64,000 bases of DNA from a virus. Location: IMG/VR virus record IMGVR_UViG_3300037851_000865, positions 111,762 to 175,761 of that record; one strand, written 5' to 3'. The translations under genes were made by a program, and so were the position numbers. Below are positions 37,058 through 45,692 of this stretch, one piece after another. Under the pieces are notes generated by a model. The model was not told the DNA's origin. It did no database searches and worked only from the letters and a program-made list of their open reading frames with translations. How positions within the stretch are numbered: the stretch's first letter is position 1; the number at the start of each line of letters is the position of its first letter.

Positions 37058-37316
37058 AAAGCACATCCCACTTGAGACGCTTCGGCGTATCAGGACTGCG
37101 CTGATTACCGAAGTAGCACACCGCCGCTGGCGCCACATCCGTACCAAAAAGGTTTACTACGTCAGTGACATTGTGTTCATCCATGACGAGGTCGGGCTGA
37201 GCGCGTCTGTGGTGTACCACGAAGCAGGTGTGCCGTTTTCCGCGGAGGCGCCGCTGGTCATGAAGTCACGCGAGTTCTTGTCGAAGTTCATAGAGGTAAA
37301 GGAAGAAGATGGCTGA
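37050..37316 (+). CDS. Hypothetical protein (DUF1653-like SH3 motif)
   Basis: WRH..T..VY.V...VVY....R..F..KF pattern. Confidence 0.6.
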   Translation: MAKKHIPLETLRRIRTALITEVAHRRWRHIRTKKVYYVSDIVFIHDEVGLSASVVYHEAGVPFSAEAPLVMKSREFLSKFIEVKEEDG

Positions 37317-37599
37317 GAAGACCAACAAGGAAGGCTTGACCTTCGAAGAGTGGGTGTGTGCTGCTGGTGTGGCGGTTTTCTGTGACGACAGAGTGCGTCC
37401 GTACACCAGCAGTTACACCTCCTACAAGTCTGTGGCGCTCCAGCGCCCCAAACATCTCCCGAACGTGGTGACGCTGGTCTTCGGGACCAGTCGTCGTGCG
37501 GGGCCCGTTAAAGCGGTGAAGAACACAACAGTGTTCTACTCAAAGAAAATCCGGCAGGCATTCCTAGCTGGAGAAGACCCAACAGAGTGGAGGGCCTGA
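37309..37599 (+). CDS. Hypothetical protein
   Basis: Coupled. Confidence 0.7.
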   Translation: MAEKTNKEGLTFEEWVCAAGVAVFCDDRVRPYTSSYTSYKSVALQRPKHLPNVVTLVFGTSRRAGPVKAVKNTTVFYSKKIRQAFLAGEDPTEWRA

Positions 37600-37793
37600 T
37601 GGAGGTACTAAGAGAAGGCAAGACGGTAGAAAAGAAAAAGGCAGAGTTTGAGTGCGGTAACTGCAAGTCACTGCTTAGGGCAGCGTTCGATGAAGGCACA
37701 CTTCATCAGGACCAGCGTGACGGGGATTACGTATTGTTCAAGTGTCCGGTTTGCTCAGGACGTATCTACATAGATGCGAGGAAGTTCAAATGA
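37599..37793 (+). CDS. Small Zn-ribbon protein
   Basis: CGNC...CPVC. Confidence 0.7.
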   Translation: MEVLREGKTVEKKKAEFECGNCKSLLRAAFDEGTLHQDQRDGDYVLFKCPVCSGRIYIDARKFK

Positions 37794-38335
37794 GAATCTT
37801 CTTCGACACCGAGTTCTATGAAGACGGCAAGACCATCGACCTGATGAGTATCGGGATGGTCCGTGAGGACGGCGAGCAGCTATACCTCATCAACAAAGAA
37901 TGTGACTGGCGTAAGCCGTTCAACGACGACTGGCACAGGTCCACTACTCTGCCCACCATCCTGCCGTACATCACAGGGCCTCAAGCTCTGACAAGGGAGC
38001 AGATAGCTAGACGCATTCTCATCTTTACCGGCTCCCTAACAGAAATCAAAAGTGGTACGTTTGCGCCCGCGTATCCAGCTCCCCGCCTAGAGTTCTGGGC
38101 CTACCACGCTGACTACGATTGGGTGGTCTTGTGTCAGCTCTTCGGGCGCATGATTGACTTGCCGAACGGCTTCCCCAAATATTGCCGTGACTTCAAGCAG
38201 CTGCTCGATGAGCACGACTTCGTCATTGTTAGGCCGGGACTGGGTGCGCATAATGCCCTGGCAGATGCGCTATGGCTCAAGCGTGAGTACGACTCGTGGA
38301 TGCGGCAACGTGACCCGACGCCCACGACCGCCTAG
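37790..38335 (+). CDS. 3'-5' exoribonuclease (Rv2179c/DUF5051-like, DEDDh)
   Basis: IFFDTEF..TIDLMSIGMV, FWAY.ADYDWV and HNALADA motifs. Confidence 0.88.
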   Translation: MRIFFDTEFYEDGKTIDLMSIGMVREDGEQLYLINKECDWRKPFNDDWHRSTTLPTILPYITGPQALTREQIARRILIFTGSLTEIKSGTFAPAYPAPRLEFWAYHADYDWVVLCQLFGRMIDLPNGFPKYCRDFKQLLDEHDFVIVRPGLGAHNALADALWLKREYDSWMRQRDPTPTTA

Positions 38336-38350
38336 GCGAGGGCCTATGAG

Positions 38351-38408
38351 AGAGCTCCCTTCGGGGAGCTTTTTCTTAGCTAGAGAAAAGGGAACCGAAG
38401 CCCCCTTG
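38351..38408. terminator. Back-to-back terminators sharing TTAGCTAG
   Basis: GAGCTCCC-TTCG-GGGAGCT-TTTTC-TTAGC on +, with a mirror hairpin for the - strand. Confidence 0.8.
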
Positions 38409-38413
38409 TATGC

Positions 38414-38974
38414 TTAGTTGGGCATGCTCCTTACCTTCTTGTAGTAGCTGAGCTGGCTGCCCGCATGGGAAGCCCCGAGACCAAGCTGGTCCTTGAGCTC
38501 AAGGAAGTCTTTGGCCAGTTGTGCGTGCGCCGCGCCGAGTTGCGCCACGACAGCGTGTGACTTAGCGGCGTCTTGTTGTGCCGCAGCCAGGCGCTCCTCC
38601 AGGACACCAGTATGAGTTCGCACAGCATTGCTCTTGATGAACTGGACGAATTGCTTGCGCATGTCCTTGCCGACTTCCGTACGGGACAACGTCAAGAAGA
38701 GGATGAAATCACCCTCCGTCAAGATGAGCATGTCCTTGCGGGCGCGTTCGACAAGCAGCCGGTCCTTGTTCTGCTGGATGAACTCGTTAGCAACACGAAC
38801 TGTTGTGCTAAGCTCGAATTCGTCTCGGTGCCGGTGAAACAGCGCAGACATGTGCTGCTGACTGAGGCCGAGCACTGCCTGCGCGGTCTTGGCGAGTACG
38901 AACAAGTTGCCCTGCTCGTCCTCAATCATGGGGATGGTGATTTGGTCGTTGTAGTTCCAATCGATAATGTTCAT
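38414..38974 (-). CDS. Antirepressor-like (ORF6N/Bro-N type) DNA-binding protein
   Basis: FHRHRDEF..LILTE...L..SRTEV...R N-domain followed by a coiled coil. Confidence 0.6.
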   Translation of the reverse strand: MNIIDWNYNDQITIPMIEDEQGNLFVLAKTAQAVLGLSQQHMSALFHRHRDEFELSTTVRVANEFIQQNKDRLLVERARKDMLILTEGDFILFLTLSRTEVGKDMRKQFVQFIKSNAVRTHTGVLEERLAAAQQDAAKSHAVVAQLGAAHAQLAKDFLELKDQLGLGASHAGSQLSYYKKVRSMPN

Positions 38975-39027
38975 TCAAACCTCCGGAGATAAAAGAAAAA
39001 GGAGAGGTAAAACCTCTCCTTCTTTTC

Positions 39028-39055
39028 CTTATCCCCAGAAGTAGCCAGGAATTGC
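39028..39055 (-). promoter_or_regulatory. Putative phage sigma promoter GCAA-N16-GGGATAAG
   Basis: Motif match. Confidence 0.65.
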
Positions 39056-39057
39056 AG

Positions 39058-39089
39058 GCTAGAGAAAAGAGAGCCGAAGCTCTCTCTTC
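39058..39089 (-). terminator. Terminator with CTAGC tail
   Basis: AAGAGAGC-CGAA-GCTCTCT. Confidence 0.8.
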
Positions 39090-39098
39090 AATGCCTTG

Positions 39099-39779
39099 TC
39101 AAGGCGTGACGTCGAGACAGATGGCGAATGTGGCTCTTGCTCCTGCTCCAGAGCTTGACCAACGACATCCCCAACCCCAGTCAAGGTTTGCGTTCTGCAG
39201 GGGGTACGACGTCACTATGCTGTAGTTGCCTCCTGATGCTTGCAAGCACCCACCACTAAGCACCACGTCATTCGGCTGACAGAAAGCGGTACCGCTTGTG
39301 CTGTTGATGCTTGTATTGTCCGCCACCTGGTAGATGGTGTTCTTGTCTACCACGCCAGCATCGCCCTTCAAGCCTTGCGGCCCAATAGGCCCAGCAGGAC
39401 CAACAATAGAAGCGCCGGCAGGCCCCATTGGGCCCATAGGTCCAACCGCGCCAGTAGCTCCAGTCAATCCAGTAGCGCCCATAGGTCCAGGGGTGCCGCC
39501 TTCGAGAGTGGCGCTGGTGCCGTCCGTGCAGTTGACGGTCGCGTTGTCACCGACCTGTGTGACCGAGCACGAACTACCGTTGAGTCCATTCACGCCGGGC
39601 AATCCAGGTGCGCCCGCAGGGCAGACGGTCATACACGAGTCCGTGTTGTTAGGCTGATAGCCGGGACCTTCCATGGCGGAAGTACCGCCGGTCGAAGAGC
39701 CAACGCTGCCGGTGGTGCTACCAGGAGCACCACATGCCGTGGACAAAAGAACAGAGATAATGAGTACAATCTTTTTCAT
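39099..39779 (-). CDS. Collagen-like lipoprotein
   Basis: Lipobox LSTA-C, Gly-X-Y repeats, C-terminal C...V.SGGC...W.C domain. Confidence 0.85.
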   Translation of the reverse strand: MKKIVLIISVLLSTACGAPGSTTGSVGSSTGGTSAMEGPGYQPNNTDSCMTVCPAGAPGLPGVNGLNGSSCSVTQVGDNATVNCTDGTSATLEGGTPGPMGATGLTGATGAVGPMGPMGPAGASIVGPAGPIGPQGLKGDAGVVDKNTIYQVADNTSINSTSGTAFCQPNDVVLSGGCLQASGGNYSIVTSYPLQNANLDWGWGCRWSSSGAGARATFAICLDVTP

Positions 39780-39826
39780 GTGGTTCTCCTTGTTGGACGA
39801 GAGGCCAATTCCTCCAGTCTACTATT

Positions 39827-39854
39827 CTTATGCCCGATTTGTCCCCAAGATTGC
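39827..39854 (-). promoter_or_regulatory. Putative phage sigma promoter GCAA-N16-GGCATAAG
   Basis: Motif match. Confidence 0.7.
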
Positions 39855-39857
39855 CTA

Positions 39858-40583
39858 CTAGGGCTTCCAAGCAAGAAGGTCTTTGTAGTCTTCTTCGCGC
39901 AAAAGAAACGGAGGTTGCTTACTCCGAACACCCAGCTCCATAGACGCACGTGCGATTGTCTTAGATGCCCATGTTATCGCCTTGAGCAGCGTATAAGGTC
40001 TCCCTTCTTTGTCGAAGCAAAGAACGTTTGTTGGGTGGCTGAAGATGACCTTGCTCCGGCTGGTTGTCATCTCTTCCATTATGGACAGAAAGCGGCGGTC
40101 TTCTTCTTTCTGTATTTCCGCTGCTACCCGCTTCAGGAGGGTAATGTCAGGGTCCAACAGAGGCTTCGGCCAAACCCACTCGTCAAGCACACGTCTCGGT
40201 ACAGGAATCTCGTCGCCGAATGGGTCAACCGTAATCGACGCAGGAGGTACTGTGAGGCACAGGTGTTGCGTATGCACCAAACTGGTGGGCTCGTCTGTGT
40301 GGTACGGCGGCGGCGTGCCTAAAGAACGCAGCTGTGCGCGGTACGCCTCTTCTCCTTCAACCAAGCACTTCTCTAGCTCGTTTCTTGTGTAGAGGTCGCG
40401 GTACTCCTGCATGTACGCGGCGTACTGCAGCGCGTACCACTCTTTACTGTCTTGCTCGTCCAAGGCAGGTACGACAGTGCCTCCAAGCCCACGCAACTCT
40501 CTGTCGATTCTCTCCAGGAGAGGAGCATCCCGAAGAGGAGCAACGATGCGCTCCTCTTCGTGCGAAAGCTCATATGGCAGCAC
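39858..40583 (-). CDS. Hypothetical protein
   Basis: Long ORF; start uncertain. Confidence 0.65.
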   Translation of the reverse strand: MLPYELSHEEERIVAPLRDAPLLERIDRELRGLGGTVVPALDEQDSKEWYALQYAAYMQEYRDLYTRNELEKCLVEGEEAYRAQLRSLGTPPPYHTDEPTSLVHTQHLCLTVPPASITVDPFGDEIPVPRRVLDEWVWPKPLLDPDITLLKRVAAEIQKEEDRRFLSIMEEMTTSRSKVIFSHPTNVLCFDKEGRPYTLLKAITWASKTIARASMELGVRSKQPPFLLREEDYKDLLAWKP

Positions 40584-40587
40584 GACG

Positions 40588-40788
40588 CTATTCGTCGTCA
40601 AGCTCCATCTCCTCAGCGTCGCTGATGTGGGGCTCGTTGTCTTGCCTGATGGCGTTGACCTCGCGAACGCCCCAGCCGATAGACTGCAGCCTTGCTTCCT
40701 CTTCAGCAAGCAGTGCTTCAGGTTCTTCGGGGTCGATGACCATTCGCTTTTGAATTGTCAGGATTACGATGTGCTTCTGCTTGCTCAT
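40588..40788 (-). CDS. Hypothetical protein
   Basis: Operon context. Confidence 0.6.
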   Translation of the reverse strand: MSKQKHIVILTIQKRMVIDPEEPEALLAEEEARLQSIGWGVREVNAIRQDNEPHISDAEEMELDDE

Positions 40789-40990
40789 GTCGGTCTAGTT
40801 CTTCTAGTTGCTTGTTGTCTGTTACTCGTACGATTTCTTTTCCACCGAGCGCTGAGAAACACTCAAGCTTACTTCTTGCCTCAAACCACGACTGCGCCTT
40901 CACGTATAGCCGCATGTCCTCGGGCATTGCCCCTTCTTGTGTCACAGCCCACCAGACGGGGTGGTCAGGGGGCGTGTCCAAATCTGTCAT
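40718..40990 (-). CDS. Hypothetical protein
   Basis: GGAG RBS; ATGA overlap. Confidence 0.55.
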   Translation of the reverse strand: MTDLDTPPDHPVWWAVTQEGAMPEDMRLYVKAQSWFEARSKLECFSALGGKEIVRVTDNKQLEELDRHEQAEAHRNPDNSKANGHRPRRT

Positions 40991-41796
40991 GTGTATGTTA
41001 GCTCCAATCTGATTCCTTTAGGAATAACGGTCTGTAGCGCGTTAAACACCGCTACGTTGTCGAAGTGCACCCTGTCGTTATAGCGAAAGCGCACAGTTAC
41101 TGATAATACGCCTGGAGACGACTTAGTTATGAAAAGCTTCAACAGCACATTGTCGTACTGCTCTGCCAGTGTCTTCAAAGCAGCCGTCATACGCTCCTGT
41201 ATGTGGCATATGTAGTCGTTGTCCAACGCAAGTTTGAACGGAGAATGGTCGACTTCTTCGGCTGTACCTGCCAACAGTTGCTTGTTGATGTGCTCGAGAA
41301 GACGGTCTTCAGCAAGCGCCTTGACCCGTTCCCTTTTGTCCGGGCTAAGAGCGTTCATCGCTTCTTCGTCGGCACAGATTTCCGTGAGAAGCTGCAGCAT
41401 AAGCTCGTTCATGTCCCTGTGATGCTTTGCTAGACGTCTGAAGTTCTCTGCCTTTGTCGCATACTCAAACCGTATAGCGTCGTGCTGCAGTATCTGATTG
41501 GCAACCGCGAGTGTGATTTGCTCCTTTGTGCTCTCATCACGTACTGTCCACTTCAGCAGAGAGCTGTTCACGTTGTCCAGCGTCAGCCTAGAAGAAACTG
41601 TCACAGGTTTGCTGAGAACATCTGCTGCGTCGCCTCCGTACGCTTCAGTCACAACCTTCTTGGCCTGGTCCTGATACTGTGTGGATATCTGGCGTATTCG
41701 TTCTGCTGTATTCAAGTCTTCTGGCCCAACATGCTTTGGTAGAGTTCGTACAGGAGCTCCACTCGAAGCTCCTCGGTTTTGTTTTCCATCAGCCAT
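40987..41796 (-). CDS. Hypothetical protein
   Basis: 269 aa; GAGGT RBS. Confidence 0.75.
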   Translation of the reverse strand: MADGKQNRGASSGAPVRTLPKHVGPEDLNTAERIRQISTQYQDQAKKVVTEAYGGDAADVLSKPVTVSSRLTLDNVNSSLLKWTVRDESTKEQITLAVANQILQHDAIRFEYATKAENFRRLAKHHRDMNELMLQLLTEICADEEAMNALSPDKRERVKALAEDRLLEHINKQLLAGTAEEVDHSPFKLALDNDYICHIQERMTAALKTLAEQYDNVLLKLFITKSSPGVLSVTVRFRYNDRVHFDNVAVFNALQTVIPKGIRLELTYT

Positions 41797-41895
41797 GTAG
41801 CTACCTCATGAATCATCAGGAAGGTGCTGTACGTGGAGACTGGTGACTGAGCCCACTTCTTCTGAAAGTCAGCCAGCTTCGTCGTGTAGCCTTCC

Positions 41896-42468
41896 TCACT
41901 CGTTCCCAGTAGGCGTTTCTCCAGCAGGTCCAGGTACTGTTGGTCCAGTTGGGATAACTGACGGGACAGCCACGTTGGTGCCGAGGAGGGCTGGAGGCGT
42001 TGTGTACTCGATGAGCCGAACGGGCGCGTAGCCTTGCGCGTGGAGGAATACGCGTAGGGTCTCTTCGCTCTCAAGTGCGGCATCTAGGTTTCCTCCTGAA
42101 GAAGGGCAGAGGTTGAAGTAGTTGACGACAATGCCTGCTGACGTGGTGGTTCCGATGTGGCTGCCGAGGAAGAAATCGGAGTTGGCGATGACCACGCGGG
42201 ACCCTGGGATGAAGCCTACGATGAGGCAGAAGCGCGGAAGACCTGCCTTGTTTGAGTCGTGCTCCAACACCGTGAAGCCCGGAGGTCCTCCGCCCGAAGG
42301 CATACCCAGCACGTCCAGGATGTTCGGGATGGATATCACGCCCAGCGCGTATCCCAGGTGATTGACGGGCGCGTAGAGCACGAAGGGCTTGCGCAGAACA
42401 TCCTGGTTGAGGTCTGAGGGGTTTGGTGTGAGCACCTTGACGGTGCCGTACTGTGGTTCTTGGGGCAT
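41896..42468 (-). CDS. Hypothetical protein
   Basis: 190 aa; GGAG RBS and own promoter. Confidence 0.7.
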   Translation of the reverse strand: MPQEPQYGTVKVLTPNPSDLNQDVLRKPFVLYAPVNHLGYALGVISIPNILDVLGMPSGGGPPGFTVLEHDSNKAGLPRFCLIVGFIPGSRVVIANSDFFLGSHIGTTTSAGIVVNYFNLCPSSGGNLDAALESEETLRVFLHAQGYAPVRLIEYTTPPALLGTNVAVPSVIPTGPTVPGPAGETPTGNE

Positions 42469-42485
42469 GTGTTGACTCCAGGAGC

Positions 42486-42513
42486 GTTATCGCTCATGCG
42501 CAACAGGAATTGC
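42486..42513 (-). promoter_or_regulatory. Putative phage sigma promoter GCAA-N16-GCGATAAC
   Basis: Motif match directly after a terminator. Confidence 0.6.
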
Positions 42514-42516
42514 ACC

Positions 42517-42560
42517 GCTAAAGAAAAGTGTCCACCCGGTGAGCCGACACTCGGGTACAC
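42517..42560 (-). terminator. Terminator with TTAGC tail
   Basis: GCTAAAGAAAAGTGT..ACCCG..CGGGTACAC. Confidence 0.55.
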
Positions 42561-42697
42561 GCGAGGCGTGCGAACCAGGGAAGGCCTTCCCCCAACCCTT
42601 CTGAGGGCTGTGTTGGTTCCGAGTAGAGCCCTAAGGCAACACCCTTCGCCGAGAGCAGAAAGCTCGGACCCACCGAGTGGACCCGAGCAGTCTGCTG

Positions 42698-42964
42698 TCA
42701 GCCGTTGTACGAGTCAAGAGGGGCCAGCCACTCTCGTACGCGCTTCAGGTACCGGAAGGCCCCTCTCTTCGCTTCCTTCTTGGTGCCTCCCACGAACGTG
42801 CCAAGCATACCCGTAGGAGTTTCCACGTAGGCTTTCCAGCGCTGCGAGGGCTTCTTTGCCTCGACGTCCTCGAGGAGGTCTACAATGAGCTGATTCGGAC
42901 CCGTGCCGAAAGTGATGCGCTCGTTGTCTTCTTCAGATACCGTTACTGTCTCTTTGCTGTTCAT
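42698..42964 (-). CDS. Hypothetical protein
   Basis: Operon context; start uncertain. Confidence 0.55.
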   Translation of the reverse strand: MNSKETVTVSEEDNERITFGTGPNQLIVDLLEDVEAKKPSQRWKAYVETPTGMLGTFVGGTKKEAKRGAFRYLKRVREWLAPLDSYNG

Positions 42965-43361
42965 GACCAAGCTCTTCTTGGAGGATACGCAGTGCGTTGG
43001 CCGTTCCGATGTCCCCAGAAGGGTCATAGATGGTGGCTCCACACAGGTTGGCTTCCAGAAGTAGCATGAGCTGCTGCTCTTTGTCATCCTTGAGAAGAAT
43101 CAGCTCTTCTTGCCTCTCACGCAACTGTTGGTCGTTCTGCGGGAAGCGCTCGAGATGCCATTGCACCCATGCGGGTACGAAGAGACCTCGGTCAGTTGCA
43201 GAGCCTGGTACTTTGGGTCCGCGTACAACGGGTATGCCTGCACGCAGCGCAAGGTTGGCTGTGTAGGTTTCCACACGAACCAATCCCTTCTGCTGCAGTT
43301 CCCTTTCTACCTTACGCTCTTCGCGCTTCTCTTCTTCAGTCTGCTGGGTCGTCATCTGCAT
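42933..43361 (-). CDS. Hypothetical protein
   Basis: GAGG RBS. Confidence 0.7.
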   Translation of the reverse strand: MQMTTQQTEEEKREERKVERELQQKGLVRVETYTANLALRAGIPVVRGPKVPGSATDRGLFVPAWVQWHLERFPQNDQQLRERQEELILLKDDKEQQLMLLLEANLCGATIYDPSGDIGTANALRILQEELGHEQQRDSNGI

Positions 43362-43596
43362 TCACGTCCTCAAACCAGAGGAGCGCGCGCACATGGCGCT
43401 GCGCTGCCTCCAGCAGCCTCTTCTCTGCGAGCTCCGGTGTTGGCTCATTGCCGTCCATCAACGTCTCTGTTGATTGAAAGCAAGAGTGCAGCTTCAGGCG
43501 CCATGAATAGCGCCTGTCGTCTGTTTCCAGAATGGTGGCCGAGAAAGGCCAACGAGATGCTCTCCAGATGGGAGCCTTCGCTGACCTTTCTACCAT
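43336..43596 (-). CDS. Hypothetical protein
   Basis: Operon context. Confidence 0.5.
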   Translation of the reverse strand: MVERSAKAPIWRASRWPFSATILETDDRRYSWRLKLHSCFQSTETLMDGNEPTPELAEKRLLEAAQRHVRALLWFEDVNADDDPAD

Positions 43597-43597
43597 C

Positions 43598-43825
43598 TTA
43601 CCTAGTATTCGTAGCTTCATTTCGCCTGAACCACACGATTGTTCGGTCGAGACTGGTCGCCCTGAGAGTGTCGATGTCCTTCCGATGTTTGAATGTTGCT
43701 TGCGCCAGTATAGCGGCCAAGTCAACAGAGGGAGTGTTCCCTATCAGCTCAGGCTTTCCCTGAATCGTCTTGCTTGGGTTTTGAACTATCCATGTCATCT
43801 TCAGCTTCTCGCTTTCCCACAACAT
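43598..43825 (-). CDS. Hypothetical protein
   Basis: Operon context. Confidence 0.55.
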   Translation of the reverse strand: MLWESEKLKMTWIVQNPSKTIQGKPELIGNTPSVDLAAILAQATFKHRKDIDTLRATSLDRTIVWFRRNEATNTR

Positions 43826-43867
43826 AGCCCACCACGAATACTCCCAGAACGAAGGCGTAGAAGAACA

Positions 43868-44224
43868 TCAGGTTCCCTCCTCCTTCTTCTTCTTGCCGTT
43901 GATGATGTCCAAGGCGACCTTCGACATGTGTTGTGCACGCAGTTGGTCCCAGGCATCACCCACATGATACAACAAGTCTCGGAGCTCCATCTGAGAGGAC
44001 AAGGCGATTGTGGTGAGTGCGCTGATGAATGGTGTGACGAGCGCGGTTTGAATGAGCTGTAGTGCTTCCTGCTTGGTCTCTAGCTCCCAGTCTTCTCTTC
44101 CGAGAATGACAGGGATTTGTTGAAGCACAGCTTGGACGGTGTCCTTCGTGGCATCCACCAAAAGGGTGTTCAATTGTTTCTGCAGCTCGGCTGCGAGTAC
44201 TTCTAGGTCTTGTTCACTACTCAT
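43868..44224 (-). CDS. Hypothetical helical protein
   Basis: GGAGG RBS; promoter motif upstream. Confidence 0.75.
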   Translation of the reverse strand: MSSEQDLEVLAAELQKQLNTLLVDATKDTVQAVLQQIPVILGREDWELETKQEALQLIQTALVTPFISALTTIALSSQMELRDLLYHVGDAWDQLRAQHMSKVALDIINGKKKKEEGT

Positions 44225-44244
44225 GCGAGAGTACCTCCAGTCTT

Positions 44245-44287
44245 CTTATGCCTTGTCTGGCAAAAGTATTGTGACACACGGCATAAC
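44245..44287. promoter_or_regulatory. Overlapping divergent phage sigma promoters
   Basis: - strand ACAA-N16-GGCATAAG (44245-44272); + strand GCAA-N16-GGCATAAC (44260-44287). Confidence 0.65.
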
Positions 44288-44324
44288 GAACTCGAGGGTA
44301 GACGTACCCTTGTAAGGAGCAAGC

Positions 44325-45038
44325 ATGCAAGTTCAAACCACTACAATGGACCCGCGAATCGCGAAGATTCACTACGCCGATTACATGAAGAAGTGTAAGG
44401 AGCACAGAGAGAAGCGCCTGAAGGAGGCAGAAGAGAAGCGGCTCGAGAGCAGCCGTGCATACCGTCACGCGCGCAACGACATCAGCTTGATGGAGCGCGA
44501 GGACCTGCAGCTCTTGTCCGCCTACAAGGCGCTGCGCAAGGGACACACGATTCTCAACATCAATCATGTTCTAGCCAAGTCTGGTTTGAACAAACAGAAG
44601 CTACCCAACTTGGCCGCGGCACGAGCTCACCACAAGTGGTGTCACTTAGACACTGTCTGGGCCGGTGCTGGACGCACCGTCAGGTTTACGTCTTCCAACG
44701 AGTTACGCCGGCCGTGGAAGCCGTCCACGCATGACATCATCGTTCGCCCATTCGTAGACAGAGAGACGGCGGAGCTTATCGACACTGAGTGGCGCAAAAG
44801 AAACGGGTACCCGTCTGTGGAGGCTCGTGCAGCCGTGCCCACCATTCCAGCACACCTTCGCCCAGCCGACGTCGAAGACGGCGCGTACCACATTCTGTGG
44901 GAAGCGGTGTGGGAGCCGGTAGCGCCTGGTGACCCTATCCTTCTGAAGCGTGTCGACAAAAGCGACTTCTTCATTGTGCTCGCGCAGTGGGACCTCACGC
45001 CTTTGGAGCAGCAAGTGCTGCAAGGACGATTCTCCTGA
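44325..45038 (+). CDS. Conserved hypothetical phage protein
   Basis: P.IP..LRP..YHILWE...P.DP.LL...VLAQWDLT.LE motif; AAGGAG RBS. Confidence 0.8.
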   Translation: MQVQTTTMDPRIAKIHYADYMKKCKEHREKRLKEAEEKRLESSRAYRHARNDISLMEREDLQLLSAYKALRKGHTILNINHVLAKSGLNKQKLPNLAAARAHHKWCHLDTVWAGAGRTVRFTSSNELRRPWKPSTHDIIVRPFVDRETAELIDTEWRKRNGYPSVEARAAVPTIPAHLRPADVEDGAYHILWEAVWEPVAPGDPILLKRVDKSDFFIVLAQWDLTPLEQQVLQGRFS

Positions 45039-45156
45039 CGGGTATTGGCGTCCTGGGGAAGTTAAGGTAAAACAGTTTCTGCCAAGGGGGCATAGAGCGT
45101 GGCGACGTGCCACGACACCGGTACACGGCTGGACTCTGAACACCCCGAGGCACTTA

Positions 45157-45531
45157 GGGCCTGACAGGTTTCGACACGGAGGAACAGAAATAGTTGCGTG
45201 CAGGCAGGTGGTTGTACTGCCTTAAAAGATTCGACCAAAAGCAGTTGCCAACGACAACGCATCTGCCGTTCTTGCTCTCGCGAGCTAAGGCGGCTGTCCC
45301 TGGACAGGAGCTCGAGTACTCCAGAGGCATAAACCACACGAGCTGGATTGTTGGGAAGACAGCAGGACTGGGCCCCCTATAGACCCGATACCGGTAAGCC
45401 TTCGCGCCGGGGAAGACCAGAAGGTGGTGGAGGGCCTTGTGCCCCCAGTTGCTGGTTCACAACCAGACACGCACGTGAATGAGACTACGACTAGAACTTT
45501 GCGGACCGGGGTTCGACTCCCCGCGGGTCCA
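45157..45531 (+). ncRNA. ssrA: tmRNA, tag ANDNASAVLALAS
   Basis: 5' GGGCCTGA..TTCGAC; G3:U acceptor stem with 3' GGTTCGACTCCCCGCGGGTCCA; pseudoknot PK1 (AGGCAG/CTGCCT, TGGTTG/CGACCA); tag ORF at 45247-45288. Confidence 0.95.
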
Positions 45532-45593
45532 CGAAAGGCAAGAACATGAAGAACGATACTTCGTAACCCAGCCTCCTTAGAAAGGAGGTGCCC

Positions 45594-45692
45594 ATGAGGT
45601 ACTGCGTATGGTGCATGCGCGCACGCGAGCTCTCAGGCAACAAGTTTGTTGCTTGTCGGCGTTGCTGGCGAAAAGCACACGGAACGAAGTGA
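45594..45692 (+). CDS. 32-aa CxxC-CxxC peptide MRYCVWCMRARELSGNKFVACRRCWRKAHGTK
   Basis: Very strong SD AGAAAGGAGGTG held in a hairpin. Confidence 0.6.
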   Translation: MRYCVWCMRARELSGNKFVACRRCWRKAHGTK

